Shown one piece after another: positions 26,700 to 40,492 of a stretch of DNA of 64,000 bases; position 1 is the first letter of the stretch, and every line of letters starts with the position of its first letter. Origin of the DNA: Octopus sinensis (Eukaryota); assembly GCF_006345805.1 (NCBI RefSeq), contig NC_043000.1, positions 69,626,001 through 69,690,000 of the forward strand, in the 5' to 3' direction. The position numbers were made by a program, and so were the translations under genes. The notes beneath the pieces are model-generated. The model made no database searches. It saw only the letters and a program-made list of their open reading frames with translations, and was not told where the DNA came from.

Positions 26700-26987
26700 C
26701 AAAGTACTGTTGCTGATTATCTCACGTTGTGAGATTTCGAAATGGTAATTTTCCAAGTGGTAAATATAGTTGGAAAAATATAGTTATAGGGAAAAATTAG
26801 ATTGTATGAGAGGAGAATTGTATGATGTAAGGTGTTAGTTTACAGTAGAAACTATTTGAAATAATATAATGAAACGCATCAAAACTTGTGCTCAATAAAG
26901 GGACAAAAACAAAATTGCTAGTTTTACAAAAGAGTAGATTAGCGTGTATATAAGCACTGACTGAAGTTAATATGTTCAACATAGATA

Positions 26988-28272
26988 CGAGGGACGTTCA
27001 ATAAGTAATGCCTCTGACCCACTTGCAGTTGTTTGATCTAGCTGAAATTTTGCATGTGCATTTATATCTCTATAGAGTAAGTGACAAATTACAGTTCTGA
27101 ATTAATTGTGGTTTCTGATTTACAGGTGTTTGAACCGAGTCAAGTGTGAAATGGAGCCTGTTGAGTGTCGAGCAGTGATCCGGTTTTTGTATTTGAAAGG
27201 ACGCACACCACGGGAGACTTTTGATGAAATGAAAGTAACTTATGGTGATGATGCCCCATCATATGACCTTGTAAAACGCTGGCATCGTGAATTCAAACAT
27301 GGTCGGAACTCTATGGAAACAGCTCCCAGATCTGGTCGCCCCTTCTGCCATTGATGAGGCATCTGTCCGTCAAGTTGAGGCTGCCATTTTGGAAGATCGA
27401 CGCATAACTATTCGCCAAATAGCCCATGAGGTCAAGATTAGTACCGGGTCTGTGGAAACTATCATTCATGAGCATTTGCATATGCAAAAGGTGTCTACCA
27501 GATGGATTCCCAAGTTGCTCGCGCCTTTCCAGAAGCAAGAACGCGTCGAGTGCTCGAGGGTGAATTTGGAGATGTGCCAAGAAGATGAGTCAAAATTTTT
27601 CAAAAGACTGATTACACAGGATGAAACCTGGGTCCATCACGATGATCCAGACACCAAAGCCCAGTCAATGCAGTGGAAGCACCGTGACTCACCTCCTCCA
27701 AAGAAGGCAAGGGTGCAGCCCTCCGCTGGCAAGGTCATGCTCACAGTCTTCTGGGACCAGGACGGAGTAGTGATGATAGATTTCCTGGCAAAGGGTACCA
27801 CAATTGCAGGAGCCTATTATGCTTCACTTTTGAGGAAATTAAGAGAAGTTATCAAAATCAAGAGGCGGGGCAAGATCAGCAAAGGCATCCTCCTCCTGCA
27901 GTACAACGCTCAGGTCCACAACTCGCTTGTCGCCAGATCAGAAGCACAGGCGTATGGCTATGAACTCCTCCCCATCCCCCTACTCTCCTGACCTTGCACC
28001 CTCTGATTTTCACCTCTTTCCAGCCATGAAGTTGTTTTTGAAAGGAAAGCGTTTCCCAGATGATGCAGCCTTGATTTCTGAAGTGACGTTGAGGTTGGAG
28101 GACCAAGCTGGGGTCTTCTACAAAAACGGTCTCCAGAGCTGCACCAAGCAATGGGAGAAATGCGTAACTCTGGATGGTTCCTATGTAGAAAAAGACTAAT
28201 AACTGTGCCAAGTTTCGTTGCTCTACTGCTATGGGAAGTGGGTCAGGGGCATTACTTATTGAACGCCCCTCG
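26988..28272 (+). mobile_element. Full-length mariner element (1285 bp) with a frameshifted DD34D transposase pseudogene (about 27151-28199)
   Basis: TIRs of about 37 bp, CGAGGGACGTTCAATAAGTAATGCCTCTGACCCACTT and AAGTGGGTCAGGGGCATTACTTATTGAACGCCCCTCG, with TA target sites. Motifs WIPKLL, TQDETW and YSPDLAPSDFHLF. Two frameshifts; the second catalytic Asp reads Y (QYNA). Confidence 0.95.
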
Positions 28273-28418
28273 TATTTGTACACGTTAAAGATTAATTCTA
28301 TGTAAAACGTAATGTTTTCAGAACGTTTTCTCAGGAAGGGGACCTTGGAAATTGTATTTTCAAGGCTTGCTGTTGTACACAAGTTGCATAGATTTTTATT
28401 ACCGGAGTAGCACACGTA

Positions 28419-28472
<54 letters not shown>

Positions 28473-28741
28473 GTGCATACAAACACACATGTGTATTTGT
28501 ATGTATTTGCGTGTATATATTCATAGCCAAATAATAATTGAAGAATCATTGGATACATTCAGAGATCATGTTCATTTTTACAAAGAAAATTACTCAGCTT
28601 TGAAGTCACTGCCAGTCTCTTCTTTTTGTGTATATATGTGTGCTTCAGTGTGTATCTAGATTCATATATATCAATATTCATATAAACATATGCATGTAAT
28701 CATACATACATACATATATATATATATAGATATATATATAT

Positions 28742-28793
<52 letters not shown>

Positions 28794-28808
28794 TATTATT
28801 ATTATTAC

Positions 28809-28865
<57 letters not shown>

Positions 28866-28871
28866 CATTAT

Positions 28872-29424
28872 TGAGTGAGAGAGCAGTTCATGCCATCAAA
28901 GTGACACTGGGGTAAAATATACGAAGCCCAATATACCCATCATGACTACCCGTCTGATAAAGGTACACCAGGCACATGCATCACAACCATATGTGCGCGA
29001 CATGGTGATCTCATATCAAGATAAACAGCGCATGACCTTGCAGGTGGGGCCCAGTTAGAATTTTCTTCAGGTCGAGTAGCCCATCCCGCTCAAAAGGTCC
29101 CTGAATAAGGGTTGTTTAAGGATGTTGAAAGAACCACCCATGTTCCCAGAGGTGAATTATTCAAACCCCAAAGAATCCCTCTCAACACATGGCTATGATG
29201 TTCCCCCACTACTTCTGCTCGTGATCAGAGATGCACATATCGTCAGCCACTAAGGGACATGCTCAACTGATTAAGGTCAAACAACTGACAAGCAAATCTG
29301 TGGTATTGAGCAGAATATTTGTTTAGCCCATCTTTTATACCAAGACGAAACAATGTACATGATAACACTTCCAATCAGTTAAGATCAGAAGCCATGAGAG
29401 CCACTGCCTGGTACTGCATCAGGG

Positions 29425-29427
<3 letters not shown>
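28872..29427 (-). mobile_element. SINE-like interspersed repeat of about 550 bp embedded in (AAT)n; partial copies at 39227-39352 and 39942-40175
   Basis: Reverse-complement matches to both segments near 39-40 kb, an (AAT)n tail and no ORF. Confidence 0.7.
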
Positions 29428-29490
<63 letters not shown>

Positions 29491-29509
29491 CATTATTATT
29501 ATTATTATA

Positions 29510-29569
<60 letters not shown>

Positions 29570-29607
29570 CATCATCATCATCATCATCATCATTATCATC
29601 ATCATCA

Positions 29608-29641
<34 letters not shown>

Positions 29642-30315
29642 AAGGTCACAATACATGTATTAAAGCGCTCCTAATAGTTTCATATGTTGAGAGAACTCAA
29701 ACATATTCTTCAAGCGCGAACCACATATAACGAAGTCCAGATTTTGTCGAATTTTCTATCACGGTTCAGTACATTACATATGATAGATTGCTAGCCACTA
29801 CACATTCTTTATTTTCTTTCCTTGTTTCTTTCTGTGTTCCTTTTTGTGGAAGAGCGTAGGCTCGAAACGTTAAAGACTTTTTCACTTTCCGAGCGTTATA
29901 CTAATACATCCCTATATTTATATATATCCAAGGAAAAATACAATTTCCTTCAAAGAGTTGGAAAATATCCAATTTTCACGGGTCTTCAGTTAAATAGCTC
30001 CTAATTTATTAATTTATAAGTATCATTGATAAGTAAAAATTGTTAAAACCAGTTTGACATCTGAATAAATCTGTTACAAAATTCAAAAACGACTACACGT
30101 TTTGAGATTCACGTGCATTTTCAAACCCCCAAACAAATTCTGTATAAACACACCCACCCATCCACACACACACACACACATGTATATATAAAGACACACG
30201 CACATACATATCGTTTATATGTTATACAGAATAAGCCCACGAAAAATTAAGATACTAAGCCATGTAGTATCCATTATATCTACTCATTCCTTGTTTTGAT
30301 ATGTTTGTATCAATG

Positions 30316-30353
<38 letters not shown>

Positions 30354-30355
<2 letters not shown>

Positions 30356-30662
30356 GGTAAAGACACCCTTCGGTCATGAATGACCATGGGATTGCACCTA
30401 GAAAGTTACCCTCCTAGACACAAGTCCGGGCAAGGTTGTTTATGGAAGACCAGCAGTCGCCCATGCATACCAGCCTCCCCTCTCCACGCCACCAGTGTTA
30501 TCCAAGGAAAGACAAAGGTCGATACAGCTTGGCACCAGTGACGTCGCAACTCATTTCTACAGCTAAGTGAACTGGAGCAACGTGAAATAAAGTACCTTGC
30601 TCGAGAACACAACACGCAGCCCGGTCCGGGATTCGAGCTCACAACCTCACGATCGTAAGCTC

Positions 30663-30663
<1 letters not shown>
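30354..30663 (-). mobile_element. tRNA-derived SINE, CORE-like
   Basis: The minus strand reads ..GTGAGCTCGAATCCCGGACC..GTGTTCTCGAGCAAGGTACTTTATTTCACGTTGCTC. Flanked by (TA)n. Confidence 0.75.
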
Positions 30664-30753
<90 letters not shown>

Positions 30754-31399
30754 TGTATAAGTATGTATGTATGAGGGCATATTAAACTTAATACACTACT
30801 AAGTACTGAAAGGAGCATGCAATTTATATTTTTTCAGACGTCACATCATATTTGTTTAAACAAAATTCACCTTTCTAATTGTCAGACAGGATGCGAAGAG
30901 CAGTATAAATGATCGCAACATATGATGAAGTGCTCAGAGGTGGGGGGAAAATGGGAAAAAGATAGCATGTCAGAAAAATGACAATAAAGAAAGATATTTA
31001 ATTTATTTTCTTATCTACGCCGAATGGCAAAGAAGTTCGCTTTGCAGTAACGAGATCCGGGGTTCCATCTCATTTCATTTTTGTTAAGTGTAATCTGTCC
31101 TATTTTCAGGTCAATCCAAGGCTTGTAAGTGCAAATGTATTGGCAGAAATTGTGCAGAAGCCAGCCGGATGAATAGTATCTGTATTTCGAAGAATCAGCC
31201 ATGTCACACATTCTTTGACTCTGATTAGGCGTGAGAATTTTGTCAGGTCATAGTACCTGGGAAAGGAAATGCTGGCTCGATTGCATACTAATTCAACGAG
31301 TAGGTAGCTCGGTTCAGCGAACAACTGAATACGGATTGTGTCCGTTGAGCGAACGACTAAATACTGATTGCGGAAACTAACATATATCCATTTGCATAA

Positions 31400-31430
<31 letters not shown>

Positions 31431-33299
31431 TGTTTTTGTGTGTGTGTTTTTGTGTGTGTGTGAGAGTGATTATTTATATTTCAATGGCCTTATTTAGAAA
31501 TAATATCCAAAAGGCGCAGGCGTGGGTGTGTGGTAAGAAACTTGCTTCCCAACCACATGATCCCGGACTTACTCCCACTACGACTGAAACAAGTAAAAGA
31601 TAAAACCCAACAAATGCCCCATCTTATACAAACTTGGCCATAGCTTATGCAAAAACGCGAATATATCAAAATTCGGACTAAGGTATGACTTAACTTTCAT
31701 AAATATCTATTACTAACTAGAAATAATACATGTTGTCTCGATTAACTAAATTATTTCAAAAACGCTTCATAATAATATAGATATCATTCGTTTTACGACG
31801 GAGTGTCGTAAAAAGCAACTACACTTTAGATGTTTTATTCATTTGTAAAGACGTGTACATCGAAACCAGTTTTAAAACACCTACTTTAAAACAAGAGACT
31901 CAAGCTATATATTGTTACTTAGTTCTAACGATTTAAAACATACAAAAGTTCAATACAGTGTAATTAAGTAAGAATTTGTATAATTGTATCCATTTTATCA
32001 AAAAGAGCTAAAGAATTAATGAAGCAGAACTACTTTACTATAAAATCACTCTTATGAATAGTAAAATACACAGAGAAGCAGAGAACAATGTCACAGCCTC
32101 TTCTACATTTATCACGACAATCTACAACAAAGAAGCAACTGTCGCCATTTTTAAAAGTAAAGAAAACCTCTACCACCACTAGTAAATATACGACTGTTCC
32201 GAAACATAACAAGTACATTATGGTTGTTTAAATTCACGAAAAGTTTGTCTTCGTTCAACTTTTGCATTTGTTAAATTATGGGTTGGTTATAAAAACATAA
32301 TCAGAGCCAAATTAACTGCTAAAAATGCAAGTGCAGCATTCAAAACGTATAGCCACCTTAACTGCAGAATATACATTAAACTTCCAGAAGAAGAAAGTGT
32401 GGATTTAAATTTGGGAAAATTATGTATCGTAACAGAATTCTTCATTTTCGCATCAAAGAATTTCTGTTATTAAATGCTATGGCTTCAATGGAGATTACAT
32501 ACGACAAATAGGAATACAGTGTGACTGTATAAGATATGTTCAAGCAGTCCCTTTGAACTGATTTTCCCCCCACAGTTTACATAAAATGTTAGCCCTTAAA
32601 ATCAGAATCATTTACACTAAATTGTGAAAAGTGATCACTTATTATTCACAACAAATATTGAAACAACAATGCCAAACAATGAATATGCGGAATATGGGCC
32701 AGTTAGTAATATAGTGATTCGATTCTTGATTGTTCTTCTGTCAAAGCAGACACCTTCTTATGTTTTGAGGAATGAGCATTGTGACCAACTTCACCACAAA
32801 CAGAACAACTTGTGCTGAGACGTTTGAAAGCAATTGCTGGATGTGATATGATGGACATTCTTCTGAAGGTGTCACGGATGTTATCCTTGATTGAAAGCTG
32901 GCGAAATCTTGCATATAATCGCTTTTAACTGCAATATATCGAAAAGGCAATTTTGGTCGATATGCCCTGATCTGGTTATTCGAACCCAGACTCCAATAAA
33001 CAAAGAAAAAACAAGCAGCTTTGGTTTCAGCTGATAGCCCTTAAAATTGTGGTTCAAACGAGCATTCGACCTCTAACAGGTGATTATTTTAACCCGAGAT
33101 ATGATTTTTTTCCCCTGAATTAGCCAGTCTGGGTACAATGTGGTAGGGTATACGAAGCGTATAAATATATATACTGGGACGAATCTCATCCCAACTTAAT
33201 CGCCTTAATGCGAAGCAACTTCGGCAACAAACAGCTTTCTTTTTAAAAAAAAATGTCTTGCTCTAGCGATGTAATTCGATCATCTCAAAACACTGAGAA

Positions 33300-35530
33300 C
33301 TAGCTAAAACCTGCCAGAAATGATATCGAAAACAACGTAAACAAACCGCTACTACAGCCATCACTAAATTCTCGTGTTTCTCCAAAATGTAGCTGAGTCA
33401 AGAGAAACAACTATGGAACATATTCAAATTAGAAATATCCTGAAACTACAGTTCGTAGAAAACTTTTCTTACTTTTTCGAAACTATCGTTAAATGGTAAG
33501 ACGATTAAGAAGATTAAGGAAAGATTAAGAAGATTAAGGAAAAATCCAACAGCTCTAATGTCGAAAGTTATCAATGCTATGTATCCTGCATATTTCTAGG
33601 TCTTCTTTAAGAGTGATAGCAGCTGTGTATATGAGGGTATTAATATTCCAGTTATTAACATCACATGACTCCATGAAACTACGAAACGGGAGCAACGTAG
33701 ATGGAAACCAAATCTTTGAAAAAAAAAATCAATAATTTGTAACGCTATATTGGATGGTTAACCACAATAATAAAATATAAGGGGGATAATGAGCTTATAC
33801 CTCATCAATTACATTTTATGAATAAATTAACAAAACTCTATTGTGATTCCCTCTTAGGGGAATTATTCTAAAGCACGAACTCAGGGAGCTAAAGGAAAAT
33901 CTTTGTCACTGCAGGCAAATCTTTCAACAAGCCTGTATAAATCACATGTTTGCTTCTAAACCACAGACTTTATAGAGAGATGCAGGAGGAAAATATTACC
34001 GCTTAGAAAGTTCTCTCTCAGGAAGACCTTGAATCATTCTGGTTGAAAATCTGGAACGAAAAGAGGGATTTCAACCTTAATGTATCGTAGCTAAATACAA
34101 TAAGGAATGGATACGAACAACGACAGTAAGCTATGCAATTGACCCGGAAACATTTACCGTAGCTGTAGGCAAATTGCATAATGCGAATGCACCTGGAAGG
34201 GACTTAATAATTGAATACTGGTATAAGAGGTTGACATTTTGCAGAAAACCACTAAGGAGTATATTCAAAAGCACTATGGAAAATCTGATAACAAATTGGC
34301 TTGCCACGGCCAAATCTTGTAACCAAGAGTAAAATCACCGAGTTGGCTGAAAAGTACAGGTCAATTGCTTGCTTAACTATTATGTACAAAATGTACGCAA
34401 GTTGTCTCAACCAATTCCTCCAGGATCATTCTGAGTCCAACAACATAGTGACTGATGAACCGCCCGGTGGAAAAGAGGGAGAGAGTGGGGATGTGCCAAA
34501 CACCTTTTGATAAACAAAACTGTATTGTCTGAAGTAAAAAAAAAGCAACATCGTAAGAGCAACAGTATGTCTTGATTATAGGAAGGCATTTGACTCTATT
34601 TCTCACTCATGGCTACTGAAGTGTCTCCATTTGACAAAAGTGCTTCTCTTAATTGCTGCCATTGAGAGAATCACAAAGACCTGAGCAACAAGTTTTACAC
34701 TTAAAACATCGTGGAACGATAGCTTCCAATGTTATAAATATTTCAAAGGGAATATTTCCAACGAGATAGTCACTTAGTCGTTAGGTTCATTTTCGCATTA
34801 AATCCATTATCATTCCTGCTACAAAAATCAAAAGGCTATATGCTGGTGTCTGCAACTGTCAGTAATGTTAAAATAACCCATAATTTCTCTGTAGAATGAC
34901 CGCAAGATTTATGCTAAAATTATTAACAATACCAAAAAACGGCTGGAATTAATAACATTTTCAGCTAACATAGGAACGGAATTCGGCCAAAATAAGTGTT
35001 CATATTTGATTGTTGAACAGGACAAAATCAGTCGCCACGACCCAAAACCTGCATCAATGGTATCACAATCTTTCCTGACCCACACAAAGAATGCTTCGAA
35101 TAACTAAGCATTGAGGAAAACATATCATACGGAGGTACTATAAATAAAGATAGAGAAACCCGAAAATATCATGCCAGACTATGGAAAATATGGCAGTCGG
35201 AATTTTCCTCTTACGGTAAGACAATATACCACAATGCATATGCAGCGCCAGTGCTGCTTCCAACATTTTGGATACTTGATTGGACCCTAGACGAAAAAAA
35301 CTCCACAGACGTTAAAACCCACAAGATACTGATATCAAGTGGTAATCTCCACAGAAATAATGATATCGACAGTCTCTACCTAAAAAGAGGTAAAGGAGAT
35401 AGTGACTTGAGGTCAGTGCAAACAGCCTTCGAGTGTCCTATAATTTCTTTCGGCCAGTACTTGTTAATGAACAACAGTAAAAATTAATACGTTAACTTAG
35501 TACTGAAAAGTGAAGAGAACAATATCCTAC
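33300..35530 (+). mobile_element. Degenerate R4/Dong-like (REL-endonuclease class) non-LTR retrotransposon, RT region
   Basis: Remnants APGRDLIIEYWYKRL, YRSIACLTIMYK, DYRKAFDSISHSWL and DSLYLKRGKG. Many stops and frameshifts; the 5' boundary is approximate. Confidence 0.7.
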
Positions 35531-36140
35531 GCTGGAGATGTGCTACGGTGTCAGCTGTGAACTAAGGTAACACCCCTTATTTTTCGAGCACCATCCGGAG
35601 TATTCAAGCGGTTTCAAGCAATGCTGTTTACTGCAAGTACTCCACACTTATTGCAGCCCCTATGCATTCCATGCACTTCTCAATATTTTTACTCACTGTT
35701 CCCATGGCTCCGACAATTATTGGTACTACTACCACCTTTTTCAGCGACCACAATTGCTTAATCTCCCAAGCTAACCTGTTATATCTATTGACTTTTCTAT
35801 CGTTTGCTTTCTTTCTCAATTAACACTATGTCTGGTTTCCTATTCTCTATCTTATGGTTGCATCGAATCATAAAATCCCATAGGCTCTTCGCATTTTCAT
35901 TTTCGATGATGCCTTCGGGTTTATGTTCGTACTACTTTTGTGCTCTGTCAAGTCCATACTTGTTGCAAAGTGTCCAAAGGATAATCTTTGCCATATTGTC
36001 ATGATGTCTGTTATATTCTTTCTGGTAGTATGCCATACGTTTTCACCATTTTGTCCACAAATTCTGCACTTTTCACTTTCTGATGTGTTGTCTGATCTGT
36101 ATTTGATGTAATTCGTTCTTAATGCTTGCTGTTGGGCAAA
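35530..36140 (-). mobile_element. R4/Dong-like LINE 3' fragment (CCHC knuckle + restriction-like endonuclease)
   Basis: AQQQALRTNYIK..KCRICGQNGENVWH and KVNRYNRLAWEIKQLW..VVVVPIIVGAMG. A short piece of the same sequence recurs at about 39150-39215. Confidence 0.75.
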
Positions 36141-36424
36141 AAAAGAAAAAAGAAAAGTTTTGCGTTTAATCGTTGTCTGTGAAAATAGAGATACGTATAT
36201 ATGTAGATTGATAAACATATATGTGTGTATACCGTAATATTATACGTATATATGTGTTTGTATACATATTTATATGATTGTGTGTGCTTGTACATATGTA
36301 TAGGTAAGTTTATATTTGCATGTATGTATCTAAGACATTGTATCATACGCATGAATACATACGCATAGGCACATACATACATGCACGCATTCATAATAGA
36401 TACATACATACATACATACATACA

Positions 36425-37477
36425 TTATTATGGCTGCCCCCTCGTTATTGAGTATGGCCATTTCACGAAGATTAACTGTTACTGGTGCTGTGATCGAATG
36501 TCACTTTTTAGCCCAGCTAAAGATCTACAATGTCTTGTACAAAATTGGCAACTAAAACCTTTACTGTTAATAGCCGGCTGTAGTTGTAACTGGGCTGCAT
36601 GTACCTTTGCATGTCGTTTAAGTCCTCCTGCCGAATTATACTCTCTTCCACATGCCCGACACATATGATTAGTATGGTGTGTTACACCACCACCAGTGGC
36701 CAGGTTGTCACTCATCTGTCTCGTTTTATGACTACGAAGATGACTCATGAGTCCAGCTTTACTGAGGCAGGGTCTTGCACAGACATTGCATTTCAGAATC
36801 AAAGGATGACCCTTCCCTTCTGGAAGTGTAACAGCGATGCCCTTCCTGACATCCCTCCTTACTTTCTCATGTGCAACTCGAGATTTCTCAAACGTGGCTG
36901 TCCCCTCATGCAAAATCCTTCTCCACCTGCTACGATCAATAGCTATGCCTTCCCATGTGTCAGGATAGATGCAAGCATCTCTTAAGGAAGCCTTCTGCAA
37001 GTCCTTATACCTCTTTTTTGGTTTATGTGGAGGTCGTTCTCCTTTAGCTAACTCTCCATAAAAGAGTTGTTTTGGCATCCTTGAATCCTTCATTCTGACC
37101 AGATGACCACTCCATCTGAGCCTTTGCTTTAACACAAAAGCTTCTATACTTTCACACCGAGAGCCTTCGAGTATTTCAAGATCACTGATGCGGTCCTTCC
37201 ACTTAATGCCATAGATCCGTCTGAGGCACATCTGATGGAAACGTTCCAGTTGTTTAAGGTGGTATCGATATGTGACCCACGTCTCGCAGGCATAGAGAAG
37301 AGAAGGGAGCACACATGCCTTGTACACCTTTATCTTTGTCTTTCTGCATATGTCTCGCTGACTCCAGAGGCGCTTTTCTAGCCTTCCGAAAGCAACACTT
37401 GCTTTCCTAATTCTATATGGAATTTCATCATCCACATTGCCATATCTATTAATAGTACTTCCCAGGTAGACAAACTG
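36425..37477 (-). mobile_element. 5'-truncated RTE-clade LINE: open 3' ORF2 segment with three C2H2-type zinc fingers
   Basis: ORF 36479-37561 contains FVYLGS, LLYACETW, RLRWSGHLVRM..PKQLFYGEL, then CxxC-x12-H-x3-H twice and a third, degenerate finger. Confidence 0.9.
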
Positions 37478-38281
37478 TATATATATATACAGATACTTAT
37501 CTAGTTTTTCCAAAGAGATTGGTATTTCTAAGGCAGTGGAAGACTTTGGACTTCTTTTCAAGTTAAAGAAATACGTTTGTGTATATATTTTGTTTTTTCC
37601 TTCTTTGTATTTCAGATGGTTTTTCTTTAAATATATCTTGTTACGTTTTCATTCAAAAGTTATTCAGATAATGATTTTATTTTATTTTATTCTTTTGTCC
37701 CGATCAAAAATCGCAGTTAATTTTCAAATTTCGTAAAATCCATTATTTGCAATGTTTATAATTACTACATTCGCAAAAGATTCTTCCTGCTTAATATATT
37801 TCACTTTAAATTTCAAGTCAATGCTTAGTCATTCAGGAAGACATTCAAGGCTTTTTTGAGTTTTATTTATAATAGCCTTCGCAGCTTTTCAGAAATTTCT
37901 TGGCGATTTTCTAGGAGCTTAAAAAAGCACATGTTGATCGGAGGCCGACCGGAAGTCTACATACATACATACATACATACATACATACATACATACATAC
38001 ATACATACATACATACATACATACATACATAAACGCATATATATCATAAACTAACTGTTACTTTCGCAGATGCAGCACGAAGTTTTGTCAGTGAACAGGT
38101 CGCGGTTTCAAGGCGACGAACATATTTTGACACATTAAATTTAAATGTTGAAGTGAAACTAACAGTATTTGTGTGTTCTTAAATGCTTACAAACATCTCC
38201 CACATTGCAACTGTTTTTGTTTCAGGACACGATCTCAAATCAAGTCACTTGCTATGTAAGTACATCTCCGTAATATATATA

Positions 38282-38320
<39 letters not shown>

Positions 38321-38321
<1 letters not shown>

Positions 38322-38535
38322 GAGGGGTTCCTGAAAAGTTCTTAGATGTAGGTAAAAAAATACAAGAGGAGCATTTAATTATGATTTTATGCAACATATT
38401 CCATTTGCAGATTCCCACACTTATTGCAGCGATTATTTAGTTTTTCTAAAACCCTGTAAAATAACACGGCAAGTTCGGGCTCCAACCAGATCTTTCGCGA
38501 TACCCTTAAAGCCAGGAGCTTTTCAGCCCCCACCG
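38321..38535. mobile_element. Mariner-derived MITE
   Basis: Imperfect TIRs CGAGGGGTTCCTGAAAAGTTCT and GGAGCTTTTCAGCCCCCACCG, within (TA)n. Confidence 0.6.
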
Positions 38536-38536
38536 A

Positions 38537-38567
<31 letters not shown>

Positions 38568-39037
38568 CTAAAAGCTACAGTAACACCCACCCTTTGTGGT
38601 TAGCCATATAGAGATGGCTAGTATACTTTACGTTGTCGAGCGGTTACTGTTTACATCTCGTTCAGAGATTTATTATTGCTTTCAGACAGCTTTTCGAAAT
38701 CAGTGACATTGGTTACTGGGAAAAACATTAAATAGATATTCGCAAACAGGTCTCTCGTCATCGAAAACTGGTGATTACCGTACGTTGACAAGAGGCAAAT
38801 TACCTCGAAACTGCAGTCCGTGCGTATCACTTAGGTTTACGAGAGAGAGATGACCTCCCTTTGCAAATATCATAAGGGCACAGAAAGTGTGTCTAAAGGC
38901 CAGCTGGAGACGATGATCTCCTGGGGCTAAAAGCTACAGTAACACCCACCCTTTGTGGTTAGCCATATTGAGATGGCTACTATACTTTACGTTGTCGAGC
39001 GGTTACTGTTTACATCTCGTTCAGAGATTTATTATTG

Positions 39038-39040
<3 letters not shown>
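38568..39040 (+). mobile_element. Retrozyme-like element: 359-bp unit with a 114-bp terminal direct repeat and a type I hammerhead ribozyme
   Basis: 38568-38681 matches 38927-39040 with 2 mismatches. No meaningful ORF, hammerhead at 38771-38830, (TA)n on both sides. Confidence 0.75.
38771..38830 (+). ncRNA. Type I hammerhead ribozyme, apparently intact, with U3-A8 covariation
   Basis: GTGAT-tac-CGTACG | TTGACAA | GAGG-caaatta-CCTC | GAAA | CTGCAG | TC^ | CGTGCG-t-ATCAC: bulged extended stem I, 4-bp stem II, palindromic stem III and GUC cleavage after 38818. Confidence 0.8.
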
Positions 39041-39090
<50 letters not shown>

Positions 39091-39392
39091 TATGCATGCA
39101 TGCATACATACGTATGTACATACATATATACATATATATACATGCATAGGAATTAAGACTATGAATGGTTTCCTATTCTCTATCTCATGGTTGCACCGAA
39201 TCATAAAATTCCATATGCGATCACTATGTCGCGCACATAGTGATGCATGTGCCTGGTGTACCCTTATCAGACGGGTAGTTATGATGGGTATACTGGGCTT
39301 CGTATAGTTTACCCCAGTGTCACTTTCATGGGTTGCACTGCTCTCTTACTCAATAATAATAATAATAATATAATAATAATAATAATAATAAC

Positions 39393-39424
<32 letters not shown>

Positions 39425-40196
39425 TGGTGATAATGATAATAATAAATTATTTTTTTATTGGCCACAAGGGCTCGAGATATGGAGGACAATATCGAAGGAC
39501 AGGTTACGGCACACAAATCAAAACAAAGGCAAAAATTGCAATAACTAAAACAGGTGGTGTTTACATCAATCAAAGGAAGATACTGATACATTAAAGGATA
39601 TGACAGAAGATAAATAAGAGCAATTAGACATAAATAAATAAATAAATAAATAATAAATAAGTAGAACCCCCAATAGCAGAGCAGTCCACTTATATTAATC
39701 CGGAGTAAAACCCACGCAAAAGTCCAAGGCACGGGAAAGCGCTCTCTTCCAGCTTTTTCCTCCTGCTTAGAAAAGTACACTTAGTGTCGATATATTCAAT
39801 GTCATTAATCTTGCCACTGTCGACTACCTTTTCATAAACACACTAGAAGGTAGCACCTCCCTCTCTACTTTCACCTTCCTCTTCAAATGATGTTTGAAGA
39901 AATTGACGAGAACTTGGCCAAATAGGAAGTGCCTGTTTTATTCCCTGATGCAATGCCAGGCAGTGACTTTCATGGCTTCTGATCTTAGCTGATTGGAAGT
40001 ATTATCATAAACATGTTTTGTCTTAGTGTGTAAAAGACGGGCTACAGCAAATATCCTGCTAATTAGCACAGATTCGCTTATCAGTTGCTTGATCATAACC
40101 AGTTGAGCATGTCTCTTAGTGGCTAACGATATGAACATCGCTGATCACGAGCACGAGTAGTGGAGAGCATCATAGTCATATATTTATGTATGTATA

Positions 40197-40275
<79 letters not shown>

Positions 40276-40450
40276 ATATGTATTATATTATATATGTATA
40301 TCTTGCATACATGTATATATATATAATATTATATATATATATATATCAATAATGCATATATATGTATACGTATGTATGTATATTATATATATTTATATTT
40401 ATATATATGTACATAAATATATATATATAGATACATATATGTAAATATAT

Positions 40451-40492
<42 letters not shown>

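Noticed and set aside
32030-32420. TATA-like motif and short ORFs suggesting a third gene between the paralogues
   Set aside because: No signal peptide, VWA similarity or consistent splice sites were found.
38840-38940. Possible HDV-like ribozyme (hairpin followed by GGCTAA)
   Set aside because: I could not identify P1, P2, P3 or P1.1 pairings by eye, so it is kept only as a conserved block.
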